A stretch of DNA of 64,000 nt, taken from an uncultured Carnobacteriaceae bacterium (GTDB lineage Bacteria; Bacillota; Bacilli; Lactobacillales; Aerococcaceae). Both the position numbers and the translations under genes were made by a program. Positions within the stretch are counted from its first letter, which is position 1. Each line of letters begins with the position of its first letter. The notes beneath the pieces were generated by a model. The model was given only the letters and a program-made list of their open reading frames with translations, was not told where the DNA came from and made no database searches. The stretch spans positions 4,882-68,881 of the forward strand of contig CALHVK010000115.1 of NCBI GenBank assembly GCA_938039195.1, written 5' to 3'. This document shows, piece by piece, positions 32,395 to 42,043 of the stretch.

Positions 32395-34839
32395 ATGGCA
32401 AATTTTTTGAGACAGTTAGTTGAAAATGATAAGCGTGAATTACGTCGTTTAGGAAAACTAGCGGATAAGGTAATTGCGTTAGAATCTCAAATGGCTGCAT
32501 TAGAAGATGCTGATTTTCCAGTAAAAACAGAAGAATATAAAGAAAGATATGCTAAAGGGGAGTCTCTGGATTCATTACTTCCTGAAGCATTCGCTTTAGT
32601 ACGTGAGGGAGCTAAACGTGTATTAGGCTTATTCCCATATAAAGTTCAAATCATGGGTGGGATTACACTTCATGACGGGAACATTGCGGAAATGCGTACT
32701 GGTGAAGGTAAAACTTTAACAGCGACAATGCCTGTATACTTAAACGCATTATCAGGCGACGGAGTACACGTAGTTACCGTTAACGAATACTTAGCTTCTC
32801 GTGACGCTCGCGAAATGGGTGAGTTATACAACTTCTTAGGCTTGACTGTAGGGTTAAACTTAACAGGAATGTCATCAGAAGAAAAACGTGCTGCATATGC
32901 TGCAGACATCACTTACAGCACAAACAGTGAATTAGGATTTGACTACTTACGTGATAACATGGTGGTTTACAAATCACAAATGGTACAACGTCCATTAAAC
33001 TACGCAGTTGTCGATGAAACAGACTCAATCTTAATCGACGAAGCGCGTACTCCATTGATTATTTCAGGACAAGCTGAAAAATCAACAGTGTTATACCAAC
33101 GTGCAGATATGTTTGTAAAAGGATTGAAAGAGGAAGAAGATTATACAATCGACTTAACTTCTAAGACAATCTCATTAACAGACGAAGGGATTAACAAAGC
33201 TGAACAAACATTCCGCTTACCAAACCTTTATGACGTGGATAACTCAGCGCTTGTTCACCATATCGACCAAGCTTTACGTGCGAACTACATTATGTTACGC
33301 GACATCGACTATGTGGTAGATGAAGGTAAAGTAAAAATCGTTGATGGATTTACTGGACGTATTATGGAAGGTCGTCGTTATTCAGATGGTCTTCACCAAG
33401 CGATTGAAGCTAAAGAAGGCGTTGAAGTTGAAAACGAGTCTAAGACAATGGCGACAATCACTTACCAAAACTACTTCCGTATGTATCGTAAATTGTCAGG
33501 GATGACAGGTACAGCGAAGACTGAAGAGGAAGAATTCAGAGAAATCTACAACATGAACGTTATTGCGATTCCAACAAACCGTCCAATTCAACGTATCGAT
33601 GGTCAAGATTTAATCTACCCATCATTACGTAGTAAATTCCGTGCGGTTGTTAAAGATATCAAACAACGTCATGAAGCAGGACAACCAATTCTTGTGGGTA
33701 CTGTTGCGGTTGAAACAAGTGAATTGCTTTCAAACATGTTACGCGCAGAAGGAATTCCGCACGAAGTATTAAATGCTAAAAACCACTTTAAAGAAGCAGA
33801 AATTATCATGTCAGCAGGTCAACGTGGCGCTGTAACAATCGCGACAAACATGGCCGGACGTGGTACTGACATCAAGCTTGGTAAAGGCGTGAAAGAACTT
33901 GGTGGACTTTGCGTGATTGGTACAGAACGTCACGAAAGTCGTCGTATCGATAACCAATTACGTGGACGTAGTGGACGTCAAGGGGATCCAGGTGCAACGC
34001 AATTCTACCTATCATTAGAAGATGATTTGATGAAACGTTTCGGTGGAGAAAAGATGCAAGCAATTTGGGAACGTCTAAACTTAACAGATGAAGAAGATGA
34101 TAACTTCATCCAAAGTAAGATGTTAACAAAACAAGTAGAGTCTTCACAAAAACGTGTTGAAGGGAACAACTACGATACTCGTAAAAGCGTCCTAGAGTAC
34201 GATGAAGTTATGCGTGAACAACGTGAAATCATCTACTCACAACGTCTACAAATTATTAATGAAGAGAAATCACTTGAAAAAGTAACAAAAGGCATGATCC
34301 GTCGTACTATTCACCGTGTTGTGGAAAGTCATACATTGACAGATCAAAAAGAGTGGAACTTAGAAGGAATTGTGGACTTTGCTCACAACTCAATCTGTGC
34401 TCCAGATGAGCTTTCAATTAGCGATTTAGAAGGTAAAACAGCTGCTGAAATCGAAGAAATTTTATACGAAAAAGCAATGGAAATCTACAAAGAAAAACAA
34501 GAGCAATTGAATGGCGACAATCAAATGCTTGAGTTCGAAAAAGTAGTTATCTTACGTGTGGTTGACCGTAAGTGGACAGATCATATCGATGATATGGACC
34601 AATTACGTCAAAGCGTTGGTTTACGTGGATATGCTCAAATCGATCCATTAACAGAGTACCAAACAGAAGGTTACGAACGATTCCAACAAATGATTGCTGC
34701 AATCGACTATGATGTAACACGTATCTTGATGAAATCTCAAATTCGTCAAAACTTACAACGTGAACAAGTACAAGGAGTTCGTAGTGTAGTGGCTACAGGT
34801 CACGACAGAACTTCTGATGACGATTCAGAAAAAGCTTAA
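32395..34839 (+). CDS. secA: Preprotein translocase ATPase SecA (no C-terminal SEC-C motif)
   Basis: [53 protein letters not shown]. Confidence 0.98.
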   Translation: MANFLRQLVENDKRELRRLGKLADKVIALESQMAALEDADFPVKTEEYKERYAKGESLDSLLPEAFALVREGAKRVLGLFPYKVQIMGGITLHDGNIAEMRTGEGKTLTATMPVYLNALSGDGVHVVTVNEYLASRDAREMGELYNFLGLTVGLNLTGMSSEEKRAAYAADITYSTNSELGFDYLRDNMVVYKSQMVQRPLNYAVVDETDSILIDEARTPLIISGQAEKSTVLYQRADMFVKGLKEEEDYTIDLTSKTISLTDEGINKAEQTFRLPNLYDVDNSALVHHIDQALRANYIMLRDIDYVVDEGKVKIVDGFTGRIMEGRRYSDGLHQAIEAKEGVEVENESKTMATITYQNYFRMYRKLSGMTGTAKTEEEEFREIYNMNVIAIPTNRPIQRIDGQDLIYPSLRSKFRAVVKDIKQRHEAGQPILVGTVAVETSELLSNMLRAEGIPHEVLNAKNHFKEAEIIMSAGQRGAVTIATNMAGRGTDIKLGKGVKELGGLCVIGTERHESRRIDNQLRGRSGRQGDPGATQFYLSLEDDLMKRFGGEKMQAIWERLNLTDEEDDNFIQSKMLTKQVESSQKRVEGNNYDTRKSVLEYDEVMREQREIIYSQRLQIINEEKSLEKVTKGMIRRTIHRVVESHTLTDQKEWNLEGIVDFAHNSICAPDELSISDLEGKTAAEIEEILYEKAMEIYKEKQEQLNGDNQMLEFEKVVILRVVDRKWTDHIDDMDQLRQSVGLRGYAQIDPLTEYQTEGYERFQQMIAAIDYDVTRILMKSQIRQNLQREQVQGVRSVVATGHDRTSDDDSEKA

Positions 34840-34893
34840 TAACAAAGGGAGACGGCGAAGCATTTCGCCGTTTTCTTTTAGAAAGAGGTCAGT

Positions 34894-36016
34894 ATGGAAA
34901 TTAGTGAAATTAGAAATGCGCTTGAGGCCATGAATGAACAAATCATCAGTTATAGGAGGTCTCTTTGACTTAGATCGCTTAGAAGAAGATATCGCAGCCT
35001 ATGAGCAAGAGATGTCTGAACCATCATTTTGGGATGATAGCGAAAAAGCGAACCAAGTCATTCAAAAGAATAATGAATTAAAGTCAATTTATGATACTTT
35101 CCATAAAATGGAATTAGCGCATGAAGAGACGGGTTTGTTATTTGAAATGTATAAAGAAGAGCCAGATGAAGAAGTTCATGCGGAAATCGTTGAAGCGATT
35201 CGCTCTCTTGAGAAGGACTTGCAACAGTACGAATTAAGTATGTTACTGAACGGTCCACATGATAAGAACAGTGCCATCTTAGAAATCCATCCAGGTGCGG
35301 GTGGTACGGAATCGCAAGACTGGGGAAGTATGCTTCTTCGTATGTATATGCGTTGGGCTGAAAAACATGGCTACCGTGTTGAAACAGTGGACTATCAAGA
35401 TGGGGATGAAGCAGGGATTAAATCTGTAACCTTGTCGATTGAGGGGTTAAATGCTTATGGGTACTTACGCTCTGAAAAAGGGGTGCATCGTCTCGTTCGT
35501 ATTTCGCCGTTTGATGCAGCTGGGAAACGTCATACATCATTCTGTTCGGTGGATGTCGTTCCGCAAATGGACGGAGATATTGATATTGAAATTAATCCAG
35601 ATGACTTAAAAGTGGATGTGTACCGTGCAAGTGGTGCTGGTGGACAACATATTAATAAGACATCTTCTGCGGTTCGTATTACGCATATTCCAACGGGAAT
35701 CGTGACGCAGAGTCAGGCGCAACGTTCTCAATTTAAAAACAGAGACCAAGCGATGGCGATGTTGAAGGCGAAATTATTCCAATTAGAAGAAGAAAAGAAA
35801 GCTGCCGAACTAGCAGCCATTCGTGGAGAGCAAAAGGATATCGCCTGGGGTTCTCAAATTCGTAACTATGTGTTCCATCCTTATTCAATGGTAAAAGATT
35901 TACGTTCTGGATATGAGACAGGAAATATTGGTGCGGTCATGGATGGAGATTTGGATCCGTTTATGGATGCGTACTTGAAATGGACGCTTGAGGGAACGAA
36001 AGCAACTGAAGAATAA
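34894..36016 (+). CDS. prfB: Peptide chain release factor 2, programmed +1 frameshift (join 34894..34965, 34967..36016)
   Basis: ATG 34894 frame MEISEIRN... ends at CTT-TGA-C with internal AGGAGG; second frame has SPF and GGQ motifs. Confidence 0.97.
34954..34969 (+). promoter_or_regulatory. RF2 autoregulatory frameshift site
   Basis: AGGAGG-TCT-CTT-TGA-C canonical layout. Confidence 0.95.
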
Positions 36017-36024
36017 TAGTAGAT

Positions 36025-36051
36025 AAACACCTAGTGAGAGCTGGGTGTTTT
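36025..36051 (+). terminator. Intrinsic terminator after prfB
   Basis: AAACACCTAG/CTGGGTGTTT hairpin. Confidence 0.75.
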
Positions 36052-36248
36052 ACTGTTGCGAGGCAAATTGTTTTAAGTTCGTTTTAATTAACTGTATTAT
36101 TATTGGGTGAATCTTCCGTATAAGTTTAGGGGCAACCTTCAGTGCTTTAAAATATATCCAACCCTGTTTGCGCATAGAGTATGACACAGTGGTTTATTGA
36201 CTTTCTTGAGGATGAGTTAATACTGCTAAAACAGAGTAGAGTATTGTC

Positions 36249-36453
36249 TTAAAGGTACGAATTATGATACGAGTAGCAATGCCCACACCCAAATCCTTCG
36301 CACTATGAAGGATTTCTCTCGTATCCTGAGTAGTTGAACTCGGAAAAGCAGAAACGGCGTCCACTTCCCGGAGTCGTCCGCAGAACGTTTCACGTTCTTT
36401 ACGTCGCTCCGGTCCAGTGGTCTGTTTCTAACCGCTTTTCCTCGTATCCTTAA
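36249..36453. repeat. Structured MITE/REP-like element
   Basis: Imperfect terminal inverted repeats, repeated CTCGTATCCT and a GC-rich 100-nt nested hairpin at 36342-36441. Confidence 0.5.
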
Positions 36454-36550
36454 TTTAATATTTCTGTAATCTTATGTGAAGGGGTTGTAATATTCGGGTG
36501 CTATAATAGGGAGGATTAAAATATCGAAGGATTAGAAAGCTGGTGAGTTT

Positions 36551-37237
36551 ATGATTGAAATGATGAATGTAACTAAGAAATATAATAAAGGGATCACTGC
36601 TATTAATAATTTATCTATCCAAATTAAGGATGGAGAGTTCGTTTATGTAGTAGGACCTTCTGGTGCAGGTAAATCAACTTTCATTAAAATGATGTATCGC
36701 GAAGAAAAAGCGACTAAAGGTAGAATTCGTGTAGGTAAATATGATTTGATGAAAATTAAAGATCGTCAAATTCCGTTCCTACGCCGTTATGTAGGAGTTG
36801 TCTTCCAAGACTTTAAACTTTTACAAAATAAAACAGTATACGAAAATGTAGCATATGCGATGGAGGTAATTGAAAAATCACCTCGTGAAATCAAACGCCG
36901 TGTACAAGAGGTTTTAGAGTTAGTAAACCTAAAACACCGTATTGATAATTTCCCAAATGAATTATCTGGTGGGGAACAACAACGTGTAGCGATTGCCCGT
37001 GCAATCGTAAATACACCTGGTATCCTGATTGCCGATGAGCCAACAGGGAACCTTGACCCAGATACTTCTATGGAAATCATGGATATCCTTGAGCGTATCA
37101 ATGAACAAGGAACAACAATCGTAATGGCAACACACAATAGCCAAATCGTTAACGAGAAAAAGCATCGTGTAATTGCGATTGAGAATGGTCAAATTGTACG
37201 TGACCAAGAACAGGGGGAATACGGATATGAAGATTAG
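36551..37237 (+). CDS. ftsE: Cell division ATP-binding protein FtsE
   Basis: GPSGAGKST, GVVFQDFKLL, LSGGEQQR; follows prfB and precedes ftsX. Confidence 0.96.
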   Translation: MIEMMNVTKKYNKGITAINNLSIQIKDGEFVYVVGPSGAGKSTFIKMMYREEKATKGRIRVGKYDLMKIKDRQIPFLRRYVGVVFQDFKLLQNKTVYENVAYAMEVIEKSPREIKRRVQEVLELVNLKHRIDNFPNELSGGEQQRVAIARAIVNTPGILIADEPTGNLDPDTSMEIMDILERINEQGTTIVMATHNSQIVNEKKHRVIAIENGQIVRDQEQGEYGYED

Positions 37238-38114
37238 AACGATGGGTCGTCATATACGTGACGCCTTCAAGAGTCTTTTCAGAAATGGATTGATGACATT
37301 TGGTGCTGTTTCTGCAGTTTCAATGATCTTATTAATCGTTGGGGTGTTCGTATCACTACTATTCAACGTTAATAAAATCGGTTCAGATATTGAAAATGAC
37401 GTAAACGTACGTGTGTTTATTGATTTGGCAGCTGACCAAACAAAAACAGATGAATTAGAAGCAAAAATTAAAGCCTTAGATGGCGTTGAGTCTGTTACTT
37501 TCCGTTCTAAAGACGAAGAGTTAGAAGACGTAACAAAGAACTTTGGGGAAGAGTTATCATTATTTAAAAATGATGCAAACCCACTTCGTAATGCGTTCGA
37601 TGTAAAAGCAGTGGAACCACAAAAAACAAGTACTATTGCAAAAGCAATCGAAGGTATGGATTACGTAGCACGTGTTCGTTACGGGGAAGCTCGTGCGGAC
37701 AACTTATTCCGTATTATTGCAACAGCGCGTAATATCGGTGCAGTTGTGATTTTAGGACTATTAGCATTAGCGATGTTCTTAATTTCAAATACCATTCGTG
37801 CAACGATTTACGCACGTAGAACAGAAATTCAAATCATGCGTCTTGTAGGGGCGACAAAAGCTTACATTCGTTGGCCATTCTTCTTAGAAGGCGGTATGAT
37901 TGGATTAATCGGTTCAATTATTCCAATTGGATTAGTATGGTCAGTATACCTATGGGTGTATAAAGGTGGTTCAGATTTCTTCTCTGGGTCAAGCTTTAGC
38001 CTACTCGATCCAAATCCATTCTTGATTTATGTATCAGCAGGAATGGTTGCCATCGGTGTTCTTATCGGTGCGTTTGGTTCAGTTCTTTCAATGAGAAAGT
38101 TCTTGAAAAAATAG
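37227..38114 (+). CDS. ftsX: Cell division permease FtsX
   Basis: SLFRNGLMT, LISNTIR...RRTEIQIMRLVGAT..YIRWPF; ATG 37227 overlaps ftsE end. Confidence 0.95.
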   Translation: MKIRTMGRHIRDAFKSLFRNGLMTFGAVSAVSMILLIVGVFVSLLFNVNKIGSDIENDVNVRVFIDLAADQTKTDELEAKIKALDGVESVTFRSKDEELEDVTKNFGEELSLFKNDANPLRNAFDVKAVEPQKTSTIAKAIEGMDYVARVRYGEARADNLFRIIATARNIGAVVILGLLALAMFLISNTIRATIYARRTEIQIMRLVGATKAYIRWPFFLEGGMIGLIGSIIPIGLVWSVYLWVYKGGSDFFSGSSFSLLDPNPFLIYVSAGMVAIGVLIGAFGSVLSMRKFLKK

Positions 38115-38125
38115 TTAAAAATAGC

Positions 38126-38159
38126 AGGAGGAGTGCCGCTGTGCGCTCCTTCTTTTTTT
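38126..38159 (+). terminator. Intrinsic terminator after ftsX
   Basis: AGGAGGAGTGC/GCGCTCCTTCT stem plus T7. Confidence 0.8.
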
Positions 38160-38280
38160 GTTAAAGACAATATGCATAAAAGTTATAACGAGTTCTGAAA
38201 AACAGGTATAATCAAATAACGAGTTTCGTATTGACTCAGAATAGGGCCATCGTTTATAGTAATTTCATCAGATAAAACAA

Positions 38281-38534
38281 TGCAATGAACAGATAAGTAA
38301 ATAAAGAAGAACGTTAAAGAGAATCCGGTTGGTGGGAAAGGATACGGGGCAATTTATTGAAAATGGTCTGGGAGCAACAAAGGTGATGAAGCTTTTGCGA
38401 TTTGTACTCGATAACGTACAAGGGTATCTTGCACCATGCAACGTACTTTTGGAGCGGTAAACTGTGAGGTTTATCGGAATTAGAGTGGTAACGCGAAAAC
38501 TTCGCCTCTAGTGTGTAGAGGGGAAGCTTTTTTT
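38281..38534 (+). ncRNA. T-box riboswitch, Met specifier
   Basis: AGTA, AGAGA, GGTGGGAA stem I motifs; specifier ATG 38363-38365; T-box AATTAGAGTGGTAACGCG 38478-38495; terminator with T run; upstream TTGACT-18-TATAGT. Confidence 0.92.
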
Positions 38535-38641
38535 ATGGCCCAAACCAAAATGGACAGAGCAACCATCTGTTGGAAATCACGAAGCGCGCATGTGGTTTTC
38601 AAACAAAGAACAATCATTTAACTAAAAAGGGGATTTATAAC

Positions 38642-39502
38642 ATGAAATTATCTAAATTATTCAAAGCAACAACATTCGGAGTTTTAGCAACAGCATTAGT
38701 AGCTTGTGGAAACAACTCAGCAAAATCAGAAAACACAACAGAAGCAGCAAAAGCAGCAAAAGCAGAAGATAAAACTATTACAGTAGTAGCTTCACCAGCA
38801 CCTCACGCTGAAATTTTAGAAGCAGCTAAACCAATCTTAGAAAAAGAAGGGTACAAATTAGAAATCAACATCGTAAATGACTACGTAACACCAAACAACA
38901 TCGTTTACGGAGGAGATGCAGATGCAAACTACTTCCAACACACTCCATATCTTGATAAATTCAACAAAGAACACAATCAAGATTTAGTTTCTGTAGGGAA
39001 CGTTCATATTGAACCAATGGCTATTTACTCTAAGAAATATAAATCATTAAAAGAATTACCAGATAACGCAGTGGTATATGCTTCAACAAACCCTGCTGAA
39101 GTAGGTCGTTTCTTAAGCTTCTTCACAAAAGCTGGATTAATTAAATTAAAAGATGGCGTGGATCCAGTCACTGCTGGCTTAAGCGACATTGCTGAAAATC
39201 CAAAGAACATCCAAATCAAAACAGAAATCGCACCTGAATTGTTAGTATCAACTTACAACAACAATGAAGGCGATGCTGTTATCATCAACTCAAACTTCGC
39301 AATCGATGCTAAACTTTCACCAGTAAAAGATTCAATCGCTTTAGAAGACGAAAGCTCACCATACGCTAACTTAGTCGCAGTAAAACCTGCTGACAAAGAC
39401 AGCGCTAAAATCAAAGCGTTAATTAAAGCATTACAAAGTGATGAAATTCGTAAATTTATTAGCGAAAAATATACAGATGGTTCTGTAGTTCCTGCGAAAT
39501 AA
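38642..39502 (+). CDS. metQ: Methionine ABC transporter substrate-binding lipoprotein
   Basis: Lipobox LVAC, PHAEIL, DANYFQHTPYL, INSNFA, SPYAN; Met T-box upstream. Confidence 0.93.
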   Translation: MKLSKLFKATTFGVLATALVACGNNSAKSENTTEAAKAAKAEDKTITVVASPAPHAEILEAAKPILEKEGYKLEINIVNDYVTPNNIVYGGDADANYFQHTPYLDKFNKEHNQDLVSVGNVHIEPMAIYSKKYKSLKELPDNAVVYASTNPAEVGRFLSFFTKAGLIKLKDGVDPVTAGLSDIAENPKNIQIKTEIAPELLVSTYNNNEGDAVIINSNFAIDAKLSPVKDSIALEDESSPYANLVAVKPADKDSAKIKALIKALQSDEIRKFISEKYTDGSVVPAK

Positions 39503-39598
39503 TAGAGAAAATTAAAGAGAAACACGAGGAGTGGAAAGTCCTAAAGCCAAGCGCATTGGACTTTTCGCTCCATTTTGACAATTATAAGGAGTGAAAGA

Positions 39599-40624
39599 AT
39601 GATTCGAGTAGAGAACGTGTCCAAAACGTATACGGGAAAACAAGGCACGGTTGAAGCTGTAAAAGATGTCTCGTTAGAGATTGGTGTTGGCGAAATTTTT
39701 GGGATTATCGGTTTTTCAGGAGCTGGGAAGAGTACGTTAATTCGTTTATTAAATGGATTAGAGACAGTGACAAGTGGTCATATTTATATTTATGGAAAAG
39801 ATATTACAACTTTAAAACGGAAAGAGTTATTAAAAGAACGCCAAAAAATTGCGATGATTTTCCAGCATTTCAATCTTTTATGGTCGAGAACAGTCGAAGA
39901 AAACATTGCTTTTTCACTTGAAATTGCGGGTGTTCCAAAAGCTAAGCGTAAAGCGAAGGTAGCCGAATTAATTGATTTAGTGGGGTTGACAGGGCGTGAA
40001 AAATCTTATCCATCACAACTTTCTGGAGGACAAAAGCAAAGAGTAGGGATTGCCCGTGCCTTAGCTAACGATCCAGAAGTCCTTTTATGTGATGAGGCAA
40101 CGAGTGCACTTGACCCTAAGACGACAAAAGATATCTTGAAGCTATTAGTAGAAATCAACCAAGAACTAGGGTTAACGATTGTGTTAATTACGCATGAAAT
40201 GCATGTCGTTCGTCAAATTTGCCACCGTGTTGCCGTGATGGAAGAAGGACGAGTAGTGGAAAGCGGAGAAGTAATTGAAGTCTTCAAAAATCCACAACAA
40301 CCAATTACAAAACAATTCGTGGGAGAAGAACGTGTGGATGATGAAATCGATGAGGTATTCCATCACCTTTCAACATTCCTACGACCAGGTATAGCGGTTC
40401 GTATTCAGTATTTAGGTGACCGTACCGGAGACGCTGTATTATCTGAAGCGATTCGAAAATTGGATGCAACGGTATCGATTTTACAAGCGAAGGTAAATAT
40501 TACGCAAAAAGGGATATTAGGAAGCATGATTATTTTGATTGAGGAAGAATCTTCAAAAGCAGAAGAAGTCATCGAATATCTTAAACAAGCAGAAATTATC
40601 GTGGAGGTGTTAGAGCATGTTTAA
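39599..40624 (+). CDS. metN: Methionine ABC transporter ATP-binding protein
   Basis: GFSGAGKST, FQHFNLL, LCDEATSALDP, C-terminal NIL-like domain. Confidence 0.93.
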   Translation: MIRVENVSKTYTGKQGTVEAVKDVSLEIGVGEIFGIIGFSGAGKSTLIRLLNGLETVTSGHIYIYGKDITTLKRKELLKERQKIAMIFQHFNLLWSRTVEENIAFSLEIAGVPKAKRKAKVAELIDLVGLTGREKSYPSQLSGGQKQRVGIARALANDPEVLLCDEATSALDPKTTKDILKLLVEINQELGLTIVLITHEMHVVRQICHRVAVMEEGRVVESGEVIEVFKNPQQPITKQFVGEERVDDEIDEVFHHLSTFLRPGIAVRIQYLGDRTGDAVLSEAIRKLDATVSILQAKVNITQKGILGSMIILIEEESSKAEEVIEYLKQAEIIVEVLEHV

Positions 40625-41330
40625 TCTATTTTTAGCATCAGCAAGCCTAGATGAACTTTTCAGAGAAATGTTTTCGTTCGAGAATGTTGTATGGCCTGAT
40701 GTCATTAAAGCTATTAATGAAACTCTCTATATGACCTTCATTCCAACGTTCTATGTATTTGTCATTGGATTAATTTTAGGACTCCTTCTTTTCTTAACAG
40801 GAAAGGGACGCAGTCTTGAAAATACATGGGTTCATCTGATTTTAGGTGGAATCATTAATATTTTCCGTGCGATTCCATTTATCATTTTACTGACACTATT
40901 GATGCCTTTTACAAAAGCGATTATGTCAACGATTGTAGGGCCTAAAGGGGCAATCCCAACATTGATCATCAGTGCAGCGCCATTTTACGCGCGTCTAGTG
41001 GATATCGCGTTAAATGAAATCCCGTCAGGAGTCATTGAAGCAGCAGAATCAATGGGGGCAAATACTCGCCAAATCATTACAAAAGTGCTGATTCCAGAAT
41101 CACTTCCAGCACTTGTATCAGGGATTACCGTAACTGCAATCGCGTTAATCGGTTCTACAGCAGTAGCCGGTGTTATCGGTGCGGGAGGATTAGGAAACTT
41201 AGCTTACCTCATTGGTTATACACGAAACAAAGTAGATATCATCTTTGTCGCTACAGTAGCCATCCTTATTTTGGTATTTATTATCCAAATTATTGGGGAT
41301 AAAGCAGCAAAGATGATAGATAAGCGATAG
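40617..41330 (+). CDS. metI: Methionine ABC transporter permease
   Basis: ETLYM, RAIPFIIL, EAAESMGA, GAGGLGNLA. Confidence 0.93.
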   Translation: MFNLFLASASLDELFREMFSFENVVWPDVIKAINETLYMTFIPTFYVFVIGLILGLLLFLTGKGRSLENTWVHLILGGIINIFRAIPFIILLTLLMPFTKAIMSTIVGPKGAIPTLIISAAPFYARLVDIALNEIPSGVIEAAESMGANTRQIITKVLIPESLPALVSGITVTAIALIGSTAVAGVIGAGGLGNLAYLIGYTRNKVDIIFVATVAILILVFIIQIIGDKAAKMIDKR

Positions 41331-41412
41331 TTTCTTTATCTTCCATATTAAATTATGTAAAATAGCAATAGACTTTATCGGTCTATTGCTTATTTTATTG
41401 GAGTGTGATTGG

Positions 41413-41754
41413 ATGTCAGGATTAACCGTAAGACGATATGAAGAGTATTTAGCAGATGTCTATAAGAATCGAAAATCTGACCAGGGGCTCTTTATTAAAT
41501 TAGTCGAAGAAATTGGAGAAGTTGCAGAGCAAATTAGTATTCGTGACGGTAGAAAAGATGGGAATGCTGAGGAAGTACCAAATGAACTCGCCAAAGAACT
41601 AGCAGATGTCATCCATTACACTATTGCGATTGCCGCTGTAAACGACATTGATTTAGAAAAAGTCATCTTGGATAAAGATTTAAGTGCTGCAATTAAATAT
41701 AACCATAAAACAAACTTAGTAGAGTTTCTTCAAAAGACAGCAAAATACGACTAG
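41413..41754 (+). CDS. MazG-like nucleotide pyrophosphohydrolase
   Basis: LVEEIGEVAE...ELADV motif; ATG 41413 follows GGAGTG. Confidence 0.82.
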   Translation: MSGLTVRRYEEYLADVYKNRKSDQGLFIKLVEEIGEVAEQISIRDGRKDGNAEEVPNELAKELADVIHYTIAIAAVNDIDLEKVILDKDLSAAIKYNHKTNLVEFLQKTAKYD

Positions 41755-41807
41755 TTTACAGCAAGAAAACACTTGCTTTCCACCCTTGTTTAGAGTACGA
41801 TAGGACA

Positions 41808-42012
41808 TGGAAAAGTAAGTGAAATGATGGGTACAGAAAGTTCTGATTGCTGAGAAAGAACCCCCGCTCTTTAACTGAACCTACCAAATAGGTGATTATG
41901 AAAATAATCCGGTGAAATCATCGTTATCAATGTTAAAGAGACATTTACAACGTAAGTGTAATTAAGGTGGTACCGCGAGTCATTCGTCCTTTTTAGGGGA
42001 GTGGCTTTTTTT
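41808..42012 (+). ncRNA. T-box riboswitch, Pro specifier
   Basis: AGTA, AGAAAG, GCTGAGA; GAA-CCT specifier 41880-41882; AATTAAGGTGGTACCGCG 41960-41977; terminator; promoter TTGCTT-17-TACGAT. Confidence 0.92.
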
Positions 42013-42043
42013 ATTTCACAAAAAACGAAAAGGAGTCAAGCAG

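Noticed and set aside
36050..36175. 41-aa cationic minus-strand ORF MRKQGWIYFKALKVAPKLIRKIHPIIIQLIKTNLKQFASQQ
   Set aside because: No Shine-Dalgarno before the ATG and no TM segment typical of type I toxins; unsupported without ribosome profiling or homologues
36386..36401. parS-like CGTTTCACGTTCTTTA
   Set aside because: Only the left half matches TGTTTCACGTGAAACA; it is the apex of a hairpin
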